Positions 1-12,647 of a stretch of 64,000 nucleotides of DNA are shown piece after piece; the stretch's first letter is position 1, and every line of letters begins with the position of its first letter. The notes under the pieces were generated by a model. The model worked only from the letters and a program-made list of their open reading frames with translations. It was not told the DNA's origin and did not search any database. The stretch is taken from NCBI RefSeq assembly GCF_001194135.2, contig NC_068984.1, positions 60,213,635-60,277,634 of the forward strand. Direction: 5' to 3'. Source of the stretch: Octopus bimaculoides. Its lineage: Eukaryota. Made by a program: the position numbers and the translations under genes.

Positions 1-789
1 TGTATCCAAGGATAACTCCAGTCTAATAACTGAAAGCAGTAAACAAATCAAAGAATAAAAGAATATCAGCATTGATTTCTAATAAGTACAAGGTTACATA
101 TCTGAGGGAAGAGTAACAGCAAAGACCCGCTTTGGTCATGAATGACCATGGGAACAAGTGACCATGGGAATTCTTCCTAATCTCATGAGTAAGAATTCAC
201 CTTGTCAAACAAGTGAATATTCATTGTTCAGATTGATAGGGAATCCACCTCTGTTAAAATATCAACATTATAATATTCCTATTCAGTGTGCTAAAATACA
301 TGTTGGATGCAGAGAGTTAAAACTAACAAACTACATGAGACACCATTCAAAGGTATCAAATTTCGAATGGAAAGTCATAAGGCTTCTAAGGCAAAAGCAA
401 ATGTTTGTTGGGGGTTGTTTTCTATTTCACATCAGACCTCTGACTGGGAGATGTGAGTGGATCTGATGGGGAGACTCATTTTCAGTTAAGAGGGTGCAGT
501 AAAATCACTCTGACCAGATATAGACCTATCCAGGAGCATAAGAGTGATCATTGTAGATAAACACACATAGTGCTCTGGAAAGGCAGACTTGATATTTCTC
601 AACAATTCCAGAAAGTGAACTACCAGAACCTGATTGATAGGGCTTTGGTTGATGGTTGCATGCAGCCTCATTCCTCATTGAAGTCAGCTGCTGTAGTTTC
701 TTGGCCAGATCAGTATGTTATTTCTTGCAAATAAATAGGTTTGAAGCCAAAACTATTGAAAAAAAGCCACTAGAGAGTTAGCTGTGTCC

Positions 790-1215
790 ACTGTCACTGG
801 CTCCATGTAGTTTTGGTTGACAAAAGATTGTAGATAGAACTCTTCTGCAGATGAAGGCTAATTCAGCCCTTGCTACCTCAGTCAGGTGAAGAATAACTGC
901 CACTCCATCAGTTATGACAATGAAGGTTCCAGTTGATGCAATCAATGGAAAACAGCTTGCTTATGAAATTAGTGTGCAAGTGGCTGAGCACTCCACATAC
1001 ATGGATACCCTTAATGTAGTTCCGAGGGAGATTCAGTATGACACAGAATGTGATAAGGTTGGCCCATTGAAATTCAGGTACTACTAACTTTTTGCCAACT
1101 GAGTGAACTGGATTAATGTGAAATAAAGTATCTTGCTCAAGGACACCCCCCCCCCAGGAATCGAACTCATGACCTTGTGATCTTGAGTTAGAAACCCTAA
1201 CCACCAAGCCACACA
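790..1215 (-). mobile_element. tRNA-derived SINE (family E)
   Basis: Reverse-complement B-box-like AGTTCGATTCC (plus strand ggaatcgaact, ~1158-1168) at the head, followed by a ~400-bp body; boundaries approximate. Confidence 0.6.
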
Positions 1216-1529
1216 CTTTTCTCTTGGATGTAGAATACAGGTTAAGGGGTGACACCCTCATAAGCCTGACATACTTGCTGATGATACAGAAGGATTCACA
1301 TCAATGCTTTCATTCACTATCAAGAAAAAGTGTTCAACACATCTTTAAGTGACTCTTACAGTTTCTGCTTGAGGAAAAAGATTTTGGTGCTTATTTCATC
1401 TCTATGAGACTGAGACTCCTAATGGTTTGTTGTGCTTGAAAAGATATGTCAAGCTAGGTAAAAGTGTGGTTGCCCTTGCATACAGGCTCACTCTTTGCAA
1501 CCCTCTCCAGCTGAACATCCATAATCTTG

Positions 1530-1740
1530 TGAGCTTTTAAGTGCTGGTGTCACGTAAAAAGCACCCATGCTGGTGCCGCATAAAAGTGGTTGGCATTAGG
1601 AAGGGCATCTAGCTGAAGAAACCATGCCAAAACAGACTGGAGCCTGAACAGTCCTTCAACTGGTCAGCTCCTGTCGAAGCACCCAGCCCATGCCAGCATG
1701 GAAAATGGACGCTAAATGATAATAGTAATGATGATGATTT
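1530..1740 (+). mobile_element. RTE-LINE 3' end / RTE-tailed SINE (family C)
   Basis: aggaagggcatc...ccatgccagcatggaaaatggacgctaaatgat plus (GAT)n tail, shared with copies at 7.5, 16.6, 42.3, 44.8 and 60.9 kb. Confidence 0.75.
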
Positions 1741-2149
1741 CAAGTCAGTAGTGGAAATATTGCATAGCAATACTTTTCAAGGAGATGGTGATATATATCA
1801 TGTTTTTTTTTTTTTAATAGCAGTGGTTTCTGATTGAAACAAGTCAACTGTTTTCATTGGCTTTTCAAATTATTGGTTTTATTTGTTGGTTGTAAGAAGT
1901 GTCCATATTTTTTGGTGATGGGGTGGGCTTTGAACTCAGAATGCACAGAGCTGAAACAAAAATTGCAAGGCATCCTAACCTGACATCCTTATTGTTCAGT
2001 TAATCCACTGCCATGCATTGGTAGTTGTTTTATTGTCCACTCTACCAAAAAGACAAAGTTGACCTCAGCATGATTTGAACTCAGGGTTCAGAAAGTTAGA
2101 ACACCTTGAAGCATTTTTTTCAAACACTCTAACAACTCTGCCAATTTGT

Positions 2150-2330
2150 CTTACCAACCTACCTACCTACCTACCTACCTACCTACCTACCTACCTACCT
2201 ACCTACCTACCTACCTACCTGCCTGCCTGCCTACCTACCTACCTACCTACCCATCCACCCACCTACCTACCCATCCACCCACCTACTCACCTACCTACCT
2301 ACCTACCTACCTATACCTACCTACCTAATA
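2150..2330. repeat. (CTAC)n tetranucleotide microsatellite with CTGC/CCAC variants
   Basis: Directly visible; source of the PTYL/TYLP ORFs. Confidence 0.95.
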
Positions 2331-2599
2331 CATATGTACATACTTATACATGCATGCATGCACACATACATGCACTCGTATGCACACATACATCCATACG
2401 TATGTGCACGCATACATATACATAAATACATGCACACACACACACACACACACACATCTTCACATGTGCTCACATACATATATAGACACACATGTATACA
2501 TATGTTTGTACATACATACATCATCATCATCATCATCATCATACGTATATATTTATATGTTTTTGTTTACTCTGTTTTATTCACAAATCCTTTCTGTAG

Positions 2600-2720
2600 G
2601 ACTTTTGCTTGAATGAAGTGCTGCAAAGCAGACTCCAATCAAAAGCTACAAATTTGTGAAGCAAACGTATTAACCAGTTGGCCATACCTGCATCCAATGT
2701 ACTTTTAATTCTGCTTAAAG
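2600..2720 (+). other. Candidate non-coding exon
   Basis: Acceptor tcctttctgtag and donor AAG/gtatgc are strong, but all three frames contain stops. Confidence 0.25.
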
Positions 2721-3303
2721 GTATGCAAACAAACACACAGTGATATATATATATATATATATATATATAGCCATGCACACAGCCTTACATACATACATAA
2801 AAATAAACAATAAAGATCCCCAAGCATATACACAAAAAAAAAACGCTATCAAGCACACACATTTATTTTCATTCAAACACACAGTAAAAAATAAACAGTC
2901 TCACACACATACGCATAGACAAAAACATACAAATTTAGTCATTCTTCTCCACACAGCCACATAATCACACATGCACATACATGTGTACACACATATTCAT
3001 GCATACACACAAATACTTTCTCCCATTCACTTTCACATACATGCATACATACATACATACAAACATACACATTTATATCTTTTAATTTAGACTTATGGGG
3101 GGAAAAAAAGTGAAGTGTTGGACAATACAATAAGATAAATATTGAAAAGGGTCATCATGTTCTCTTTCCTTTTTCACAGATTTCAACACACACACACATA
3201 TATGTGTGTGTGTATACATATGTATGTGTGTGTTTAAGTATATATATATATCACCATCATCATCATCATCGTTTAACGTCCGCTTTCCATGCTAGCATGG
3301 GTT

Positions 3304-3370
<67 letters not shown>

Positions 3371-3718
3371 CATGAATATATATATATATATAGTTATTTA
3401 TTTATTTATAGCACTACAGTTTCATTTGATTCTATCTTAATTTAAAGTGAAAAATAAAACAGACATTTCTTTTTTTATTCTGAAATGATAAAAAAGAAGT
3501 GTTTTCTGTGTATTTTAATCAAATAATGTTTGAGATAAAAAGAAAAAAAAAGATCCAACATGATTTGATATGAGAAAAATATACCCAACGAGTATATATT
3601 GGGTGGTGTATATGTACATAGATACATCTATGCATGCATCTATATATGTGTGTGTTTGTGTATGCGTTTTGTATATGTGTGCGGATGTATGTATGTAAAT
3701 ATTCATATATTTATGTGT

Positions 3719-3756
<38 letters not shown>

Positions 3757-3872
3757 ATATATATGCACACACACTTAGTCTCCTTATCATACGCACATAA
3801 ACACACACTCTTCATATCACACACACATACACACACATATATATGTATAGTATATATGTGTCTGTGTTTATA

Positions 3873-3915
<43 letters not shown>

Positions 3916-4096
3916 NNNNNNNNNNNNNNNNNNNNNNNNNNNNNNNNNNNNNNNNNNNNNNNNNNNNNNNNNNNNNNNNNNNNNNNNNNNNNNNNNNNNN
4001 NNNNNNNNNNNNNTATGTATATATATATATATATATACATACTCACACACATTGATGTGCGTGTGTACATTTGTGTGTATGTAGATATAGAGTTTG

Positions 4097-4138
<42 letters not shown>

Positions 4139-4478
4139 TTTGTGTGTATATATATATGTGTGTGTTTGTGTGAATATATATATATGTGTGTGTGTGTTTG
4201 TGTGTGTGTTTGTGTGTGTATATATATATATATGTGTGTGTTTGTGTGTTTGTGTGCGCATGTGTATATATCTTTGTGTGTATATGTAAACTTATGCAGA
4301 CAACCACATGTAAGTGTGAGTGTGTGTTCAGTTATAGATACACATCTCTGGTACATGCATCAAACGCACATACACGCACACATGTATGTGTATGTGCATC
4401 CATGCATCTATACCTAACAACATACACACACACACACACACACATTTTGTAATATAGCTGATGACAATTTATCACCTG

Positions 4479-4637
4479 TCAACTATTTTCATAATTTGGC
4501 AGATCTTCCTGGCAAATCACTTTGTGAATTCCATCCTGTTCAGTTCTGTATTTTTTGACTGAAAAACTAATTTGAATCCAGGATTGAATATTCAAATTGC
4601 CATCATGATATGCAGTGTGGACCCACCCAATGGCTCC
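4479..4637 (-). CDS. Candidate terminal coding exon, unknown protein (GAIGWVHTAYHDGNLNIQSWIQISFSVKKYRTEQDGIHKVICQEDLPNYENS*)
   Basis: Acceptor tatattttag, 52 open codons then TGA; phase-0 compatible with 4772-4807. A second, stronger acceptor lies ~65 nt upstream in another frame, so the model is ambiguous. Confidence 0.35.
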   Translation of the reverse strand, partial: GAIGWVHTAYHDGNLNIQSWIQISFSVKKYRTEQDGIHKVICQEDLPNYENS

Positions 4638-4771
4638 CTAAAATATACTATTGTGTTTATTGATAAAATACAGTTCTTATATTTTAGGAAATTATAATCT
4701 AAAGCAGAGAAAAGCAAAATGTCATATGAATCTCATTTTGATGGAAAATGTATGGAAATATAACAACTTAC

Positions 4772-4807
4772 CATTGGAAAAAAAGATAGAAGAATGAAAA
4801 TAATTAC
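4772..4807 (-). CDS. Candidate 36-nt exon (VIIFILLSFFPM, hydrophobic)
   Basis: Acceptor ccttacacag, donor ATG/gtaagt, followed by a short intron with a clear pyrimidine tract. Confidence 0.4.
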
Positions 4808-5418
4808 CTGTGTAAGGTTCAGACTTCAAATACACACACAAGATTATTTTTATATAACTGAATTCTTTTTTTTTCTAAGAACTACAGCTACTTTCTTTTG
4901 CACTTAGACACATATATACATACATGCATGCATACATACATACATACATACATACATACATAAATTTGTATGATTGTGTGTGTGTGTATTTATATATNNN
5001 NNNNNNNNNNNNNNNNNNNNNNNNNNNNNNNNNNNNNNNNNNNNNNNNNNNNNNNNNNNNNNNNNNNNNNNNNNNNNNNNNNNNNNNNNNNNNNNNNNNN
5101 NNNNNNNNNNNNNNNNNNNNNNNNNNNNNNNNNNNNNNNNNNNNNNNNNNNNNNNNNNNNNNNNNNNNNNNNNNNNNNNNNNNNNNNNNNNNNNNNNNNN
5201 NNNNNNNNNNNNNNNNNNNNNNNNNNNNNNNNNNNNNNNNNNNNNNNNNNNNNNNNNNNNNNNNNNNNNNNNNNNNNNNNNNNNNNNNNNNNNNNNNNNN
5301 NNNNNNNNNNNNNNNNNNNNNNNNNNNNNNNNNNNNNNNNNNNNNNNNNNNNNNNNNNNNNNNNNNNNNNNNNNNNNNNNNNNNNNNNNNNNNNNNNNNN
5401 NNNNNNNNNNNNNNNNNN

Positions 5419-5462
<44 letters not shown>

Positions 5463-5852
5463 AGTACTAATTGTCTGCAAGTAGCTCACCATTTTTTCTT
5501 TTAGCTTAGGTCTGTAATCCTAAATTATATTTCTTTCCTCTCCTTGTTCAAATCGGTTTTGCTTGTCAGTTCCTTAACACACTTACTTTATTCTTATATT
5601 GGTTACTGTAACTATGATCTCACTTGCTTAGTAATCAATTGGTTGCTTTGCAAGTTTTTGTTTAACTTTGTTTTAAATAATGCTTGATGTGTACGGGAAA
5701 TTACATAATGTATGACTTAATCCATAATATTGTATGATCCTTAAATTAAATAGAGATGGCAGAAAGAGAAATGAACATGCAATCCAGTGAGAAAAGTATT
5801 AAAAATAACGATTAACAAATATGGATGTATAAACGCCTTCAGGCAAGCTGCA

Positions 5853-6101
5853 TATATGTGGCAAATGAAAGGTGGAAGATAGAATATATGAGAATTTATT
5901 AATCATGACAGTTGTCGTGATACATCTAGTATTATTTTAATGCTATTTATCAGCCGATGTGATACATCTGCACCACCGGATGCTCCTGAACCACTTGTTG
6001 AGTGTCCCACCCATGAGGGATCGATACTAGATGTGTTGAAACTATTGTCATGATTAATAAATTCTCATATATTCCATCTTCCAGCTTTCATTTGCCATAT
6101 A
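5853..6101. mobile_element. Fold-back element with ~77-bp inverted arms, probable PLE-terminus derivative
   Basis: Arms 5853-5930 and 6026-6101 are reverse complements (atgagaatttattaatcatgaca / tgtcatgattaataaattctcat); right arm carries GAAAC-TATT-GTC then AATAAA. Confidence 0.7.
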
Positions 6102-6199
6102 CATAACAATCATTGTGCAAGTGACTGTGCTTTTCCAGTAAGTTACCAGGGGAAGACCATTTGTTTTATTATCCAATATATATATATATGTATGTATAA

Positions 6200-6910
6200 A
6201 TCCAAACACATGCGACATATTATGTCATATCAGTAATTAAAAAATGACATATACATATGACATATAGGCGTAGGAGTGACTGTGTGGTAAGTAGCTTGCT
6301 TACAAACCACATGATTCCGGGTTCAGTTCCACTGCATGGTACCTTGGGTAAGGGTTTTCTACTATAGCCTCGGGCTGACCAAAGCTTTGTGAGTGGATTT
6401 GGTAGACGGAAACTGAAAGAAGCCTGTCGTATATATGTATATATATATGTATGTGTGTGTATATGTTTGTGTGTCTGTGTTTGTCCCCCCAACATCGCTT
6501 GACGACCGATGCTGGTGTGTTTACGTCCCCGTAACTTAGCGGTTTGGCAAAAGAGACCGATAGAATAAGTACTAGGCTTACAAAGAATAAGTCCTGGGGT
6601 TGATTTACTCGACTAAAGGCGGTGCTTCAGCATGACCACAGTCAAATGACTGAAACAAGTAAAAAAGAGTATACTGACAGAAAATGGGATAATGACTTAC
6701 AGCTGTTTCAGTCTAGAAGTGACATGCCTCATTCTATCTATATAACTCCAGTAGGCTGAAGTAATTAATAGATGTCCTACTGGAGTTATATAGATAGAAG
6801 AGGCATGTCAACTCTAGACTGAAACACCCGTAAGTCATTATCCCATTTTCTGTCTCTATATGTCATTTTTTAATTACTGATATGACATAATATGTCACAT
6901 GTGTTTGTAT
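6200..6910. mobile_element. Long palindromic element interrupted in its left arm by a SINE
   Basis: 6200-6255 pairs with ~6855-6910; 6676-6755 pairs with 6776-6855; 20-nt spacer at 6756-6775. Confidence 0.8.
6265..6670 (+). mobile_element. tRNA-derived SINE (family A), full length
   Basis: Head taggcgtaggagtgactgtgtggtaagtagcttgc, B-box-like gggttcagttcc, internal (TA)/(TG) tract, tail gactgaaacaagtaaaaaagagt. Confidence 0.9.
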
Positions 6911-7014
6911 ATTGTTATTATTGTCCTTTTAGTAAACAAATAAACAAGTAAATTGACACAATACAATGTCTGCAAGTTGATGAATACCACCTATTCCCCT
7001 CCATTTTCTTATTG

Positions 7015-7063
<49 letters not shown>

Positions 7064-7246
7064 TACACACACACACATACATGTACATACATGCATACAT
7101 ATGATGATGATGATGATGATATATATATATATATAGGTTTAAATTTAGATTCAAGATTGAATATGGTACTTATGTTTAGGCACCAGAATATAGTATGGTA
7201 TGGTATTATACAAAAACCATTAAAAAAAAAAACTAGGTGATCAAAA

Positions 7247-7404
7247 AATCAAAATAAGCAACACGGATTTCAAAGATGGTTGCAGTACGCACGTTTCATG
7301 CTATCTATTTATTTAATGTAATGCTCGCATTACTTAAATAAATCGAGTAGCATGAAACGTGCGTACTGCAATCATCTTTGAAATCCGTGTTGCTTATTTT
7401 GATT
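7247..7404. mobile_element. Near-perfect 158-bp palindrome, probable PLE-terminus fold-back
   Basis: Two ~78-bp arms around a 2-nt loop (7325-7326); right arm has gcatGAAAC-GTGC-GTA; abuts (TA)n. Confidence 0.8.
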
Positions 7405-7407
7405 ATA

Positions 7408-7457
<50 letters not shown>

Positions 7458-7479
7458 TACATACATATATGTATCATCA

Positions 7480-7761
7480 TCATCATCATCATTATTTAAT
7501 GTCCGTTGTCCATGCTGGCATGGGTTGGATGGTGTTAGCAGAGCTGGCAAGCCTGGGGGCTGCACCAGGCTCCAGTCTGATTTGGCATGGCTTCTGCAGC
7601 TGGATGCCCTTCTTAATATCAACCACTTTACAGAGTGTCCTGGGTGCTTTTACATGGCACCACATGGGAACTTTTACATGGAACGGCATGGGGACTTTTA
7701 TGTGGAACCAAATAGGTGTTTGTATGTAGCACCACACGGTCACTTTTATGCGTCACCACAT
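7480..7761 (-). mobile_element. Family C RTE-type 3' end with internal 24-bp tandem repeat
   Basis: (CAT)n tail on plus strand, family C body, five 24-bp units at 7642-7761. Confidence 0.75.
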
Positions 7762-8037
7762 ATATATACATATATACACACATATACAGCGTTGGCTGAA
7801 AGTCACCTGACAGTAAATCAAAATTCCATAAATACTAACTGTAATTCTGTATTGACTTGAATGGGAAAATGTGCCGCTCAGGAAGGACTTCAGTTTGAAC
7901 AGTTTTCATTGTTTGATATTTAGATGCTTTTATTAAATTTATTCAGTTGTTAAACATAAATAAATCTTGGAATTAAATGGTTTTGATTTACTGTCACATG
8001 ACTTTTGGCCAACCCTGTATTTATATATATATATAAA

Positions 8038-8260
8038 TATATAATTTTAGGGAAAAGAACCAAGATTCATGAACTCATCGATGAAAATCCACTGTCACAT
8101 ATAGAAAAATTAATAATTAAAATATCTTAATCTTATGATATTTACTTTGTATTATATTATACTCATTTATTGTGCTTTTACTTATTAATTTTTCTATATG
8201 TGACAATGGATTTTCATCGATGAGTTCATGAACCTTGGTTCTTTTCCCTAAAACTATATA
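8038..8260. mobile_element. MITE-like fold-back embedded in (TA)n
   Basis: ~78-bp inverted arms (ttttagggaaaagaaccaag...cttggttcttttccctaaaa) around an AT-rich spacer, with (TA)n on both sides. Confidence 0.8.
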
Positions 8261-8980
8261 TTTATATATATATATNNNNNNNNNNNNNNNNNNNNNNNNN
8301 NNNNNNNNNNNNNNNNNNNNNNNNNNNNNNNNNNNNNNNNNNNNNNNNNNNNNNNNNNNNNNNNNNNNNNNNNNNNNNNNNNNNNNNNNNNNNNNNNNNN
8401 NNNNNNNNNNNNNNNNNNNNNNNNNNNNNNNNNNNNNNNNNNNNNNNNNNNNNNNNNNNNNNNNNNNNNNNNNNNNNNNNNNNNNNNNNNNNNNNNNNNN
8501 NNNNNNNNNNNNNNNNNNNNNNNNNNNNNNNNNNNNNNNNNNNNNNNNNNNNNNNNNNNNNNNNNNNNNNNNNNNNNNNNNNNNNNNNNNNNNNNNNNNN
8601 NNNNNNNNNNNNNNNNNNNNNNNNNNNNNNNNNNNNNNNNNNNNNNNNNNNNNNNNNNNNNNNNNNNNNNNNNNNNNNNNNNNNNNNNNNNNNNNNNNNN
8701 NNNNNNNNNNNNNNNNNNNNNNNNNNNNNNNNNNNNNNNNNNNNNNNNNNNNNNNNNNNNNNNNNNNNNNNNNNNNNNNNNNNNNNNNNNNNNNNNNNNN
8801 NNNNNNNNNNNNNNNNNNNNNNNNNNNNNNNNNNNNNNNNNNNNNNNNNNNNNNNNNNNNNNNNNNNNNNNNNNNNNNNNNNNNNNNNNNNNNNNNNNNN
8901 NNNNNNNNNNNNNNNNNNNNNNNNNNNNNNNNNNNNNNNNNNNNNNNNNNNNNNNNNNNNNNNNNNNNNNNNNNNNNNNN

Positions 8981-9027
<47 letters not shown>

Positions 9028-9782
9028 GTATACACACACACACACATACATACATACACACACACGCACAACACATATATGTATATTTTTATATATTTAT
9101 GTGTGCGTATGTGTTTGTATCCCCTTGTCTTGCCGTTACATGATAGTTGTAAATGAGCATTAGTTACTGTCCTAAGTGGTGTCATTCTTTTCCATTCTTC
9201 CATGAAAACATGTCTGGCCATGGGAAAATATTACCTTGATTTGGAAACTGCTGAGAGTTAGTGACAGGAAGTGCATCTGACTGTAGAAAATCTGCTTCAT
9301 TTCATTCTGTCTAGTTCATGTAAGTATGGAGAAATGGATACTAAAGCATTGACGAATGACGATAATTTAATTTGCTCCTTACAACTACTATTACTATAAA
9401 AGATTATTCGTGAAAGAAACCAACAAGTATTAAACTAAAAAAATAAAAGCGAAAATATTTTTACTAAAGAATGCAATGGATGATAGAATCAGTACAGAGC
9501 TAGATAACATATCTTGCAGCATTTAGTTATGTTTTGAGTTCAAATCCAATCAGAGTTAGCTTTGCTTTGCATCCCTCTGGAATTGATGAAATGATTCTTT
9601 CCCTTCAACTTTCTCCTCCCTCCTTCCTTCCTCTTGCCCTGCCTCCTCTTCCTCTTCCTCCCTTCCTCTTCCTCCCTTCCTCTTCCTCCTTTCCTCTTCC
9701 TCTGCCTCCTCCTACCTTCCCCTTCCTCTCTGCCTCCGTGTACCTTCCTCTTACTCTGCCCACTGCTTTTGCTGTTAAATAG

Positions 9783-9950
9783 GAAAGATGATCGTATAGA
9801 CCACCGAACTTTGGATGTGTTTTTCTTCTATAATGGGAGTGGGAATTCTATATCCCCTCTGGGAGAGGAAGATGACTACTTGATATCCCTGAAGGGAAAG
9901 CAAGCATTCAGCACGACTATCATTATTAATCTTAAATTGCCAGATGAGAA
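9783..9950 (+). CDS. Candidate internal exon, unknown protein (KDDRIDHRTLDVFFFYNGSGNSISPLGEEDDYLISLKGKQAFSTTIIINLKLPDE)
   Basis: 168 nt, phase 2-2, donor AA/gtgagt, pyrimidine-rich upstream tract, higher GC than flanks. The minus strand is also partly open here. Confidence 0.45.
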
Positions 9951-10432
9951 GTGAGTCGAATGGCTTTAACATTCTACCAAACACCAAGAAGTGCATACAT
10001 ACATGAAAAACAGAAAAAAAATAAAAGAAAAAATAAAAAGAAAAGAAAGCAAAAAGAAAAAAAAAAGAAAAAAGAAAAATAAAACCAAAAACAACTGCTG
10101 AAGAACATTTAGATTATAATTCAACACTTCAAATATTGTTTATTCTTTTGAAGTCCATAATATGTTCAGTTCTCAAGGTGTAATGTTATACGATTTCCGA
10201 GTTAGAGAATATTTCTAAAGAACTAACTATTACTTCATACTTAAGATACAAGAACTTCTATATCTGAAGAATTAGGAGAAGTATATTAAGTGGAATGTAA
10301 AGACGGTTTCTTTTGATATAGAGTTGTGGTCATTAGTTATGAACACTGCAGTGTATCAAAGCAGTTACCGAAATTTAATACATTGCAAACATTAATATCA
10401 GAATTTCTCCACCCTTTTTCTCAATCACATAG

Positions 10433-10493
10433 GAATAAGATAATGGTTTACTGGCTTTCATTAGGAAAGTTCTTTCGAAAATCTATCACTTAC
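10433..10493 (+). CDS. Candidate exon (NKIMVYWLSLGKFFRKSITY)
   Basis: Acceptor ctttttctcaatcacatag; phase 2 matches 9783-9950; weak donor gtatat. Confidence 0.3.
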
Positions 10494-10621
10494 GTATATG
10501 TTTGTGTGCATATACGTATGCATGTATTCATGTGTTCACGTATGTGAGCATGTATGTATATATATGTGTGTGTGTATAGGTACATATATATAGATATATA
10601 TATGTATATGTCATATATGTG

Positions 10622-10689
<68 letters not shown>

Positions 10690-11574
10690 CAACGTATGTA
10701 TATATGTATGTATATGAATGTACATATATATATGTATGCATATGCGTGTGTGTGTATATATATATGTTCTGTTTCAAGAAAGTACACGAAAGAAATAGTT
10801 CAGAAGTGTCATATCTGTGTATATACGTGTGTGTGTGTGTGCATGTGTTTATATGTGTGTGTGCATGTATGTATATGTGTATGTGAATCGTATGTAAAAA
10901 TCACTTGATATAAGAATTTTGAACTTTAACATCTTCACTGCTAAATATGAAAATGTTAATATTAGGAGAGAACTGATAGGGTAGGGTGGGGTGGGGTATG
11001 GTAGGTGGACTCGTTAGCGCATTGGACAAATTGCCTGGAAGTATTTAGTTATGGCCATTTACATTCTGAATATAAATCCTGTTAAGGTTGATTTTTTTTT
11101 TAACCTTTCATCTTTCTAGGGGTGTGGGTGTGGGTGGTCATCAAAATAAATACCAGTAAAGTACTGGGGGGTGAGTGGGGATATGTTGGGGTGGAGTGGA
11201 GTGGATAGAGGGTGGTGATGGTGGTCAATACAGTTATCCGTTTTCTCCTTCCTGAAATTTCTCTGTCCTTGTGTCTGTGTAAAAATACACGAAATGATAA
11301 AAATCAGGAGGAGGTGTGTGTGTGTGAAAGGGGGAGGGGAAGGGGTTGAGGTGGAGGAGAAAATGTAGAACAAAAACAACTGCAAAAAAAAAATGACACG
11401 TTACTATGAAATGTTTTGAGAGGCAATATATGTGTTATTGGTATATCATCATCATCATAGGTGTGTGCGTGTATGTGTATACACATATATATACCAATCT
11501 CACACACACATTTGTTTATCTATCTATACACACAGATGTCCAAACCTGTGCACACACACACACACACACATGGT

Positions 11575-11712
11575 TGACCTTGCCTTTCATCCTTTCAGGG
11601 TCGATTAAATAAGCACCAGTTACGCACTGGGGTTGATATAATCGACTTAATCCGTTTTTCTGTCCTTGTTTGTCCCCTCTGTGTGTAGCCCCTTGTGGGT
11701 AGTAAAGAAATA
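11575..11712 (+). mobile_element. SINE family B, 5'-truncated
   Basis: ttgcctttcatcctttcagggtcgattaaataagcaccagttacgcactgggg...aaagaaataa. Confidence 0.85.
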
Positions 11713-12043
11713 ACACACGCACACATACAAGTGCAGACATTGGCATGTGAATAAGAAGTATGCTTCTCAACAACATGCGTTGGGTTCACTCCCACTGCGT
11801 GCCACCTTCTACTCTAACCCTGGGCCAACAAAAGTCTTTTAAGTTGATTTGGTAAATGGAACCTGAAAGAAACCTATCGTGTGTCATTATTTCCTATATT
11901 CTGCTCAAACATGTCTGGCAATGAGAAATATTACCTTATTTGGAAATAGGTGCGAATTGGAGACAGGAAGGGCATGTGACATAGAAAAATCTGCTCCAGT
12001 AAACTCTGTCCAAGCTATGCGAACATGGAAAAATGTACATTAA

Positions 12044-12245
12044 CCGTTTAGCATTTAAACTGGCCATATCCGGCCCAAATACTCCACATGTTTTATGTTC
12101 ATGATAGCTAGAACTGGCTTCTCATACCTCCCCTACAATGTCATTTATAAAATTAGTTAATTATCATAGTTACTAAACAATGCGAGATTAATTCAAACTG
12201 TTGTGAATAAATAAAATTTGATAAAATAATCTGAATGCTAAAGGG
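12044..12245. mobile_element. piggyBac-type MITE (TTAA flanks)
   Basis: ttaa-ccgtttagcatt ... aatgctaaaggg-ttaa; related copies at 16240-16451, 32796-32924, 41750-41974 and ~51740-51878. Confidence 0.8.
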
Positions 12246-12520
12246 TTAAAACAATAATGATAATGTGTGTGTTTGTGTGTGTGTATATATATATACAAAC
12301 CATTTGTGATGACAAAAGAGGTAGACTTCAATATCATTGGGAATGGAGGATTATATTTATGAAATGATGCAAGTATGGAAACTTCTATCAAGATTTTAAG
12401 TTTCTGGACATCGGTAGTGTTAAGTGTACTGGACTTGAACCACCTGAAGATGTGGAACAATCATTGAAATGTTGACACTGAAACTTAAAGTTCTGCATAT
12501 AAGTCTCCATACCTGTATCC

Positions 12521-12595
<75 letters not shown>

Positions 12596-12609
12596 TACAC
12601 ATACATACA

Positions 12610-12647
<38 letters not shown>

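Noticed and set aside
1140-1215. tRNA gene calls at SINE heads (also 6265, 15838, 45465)
   Set aside because: Only A/B-box-like remnants; no cloverleaf, and each continues into a SINE body.
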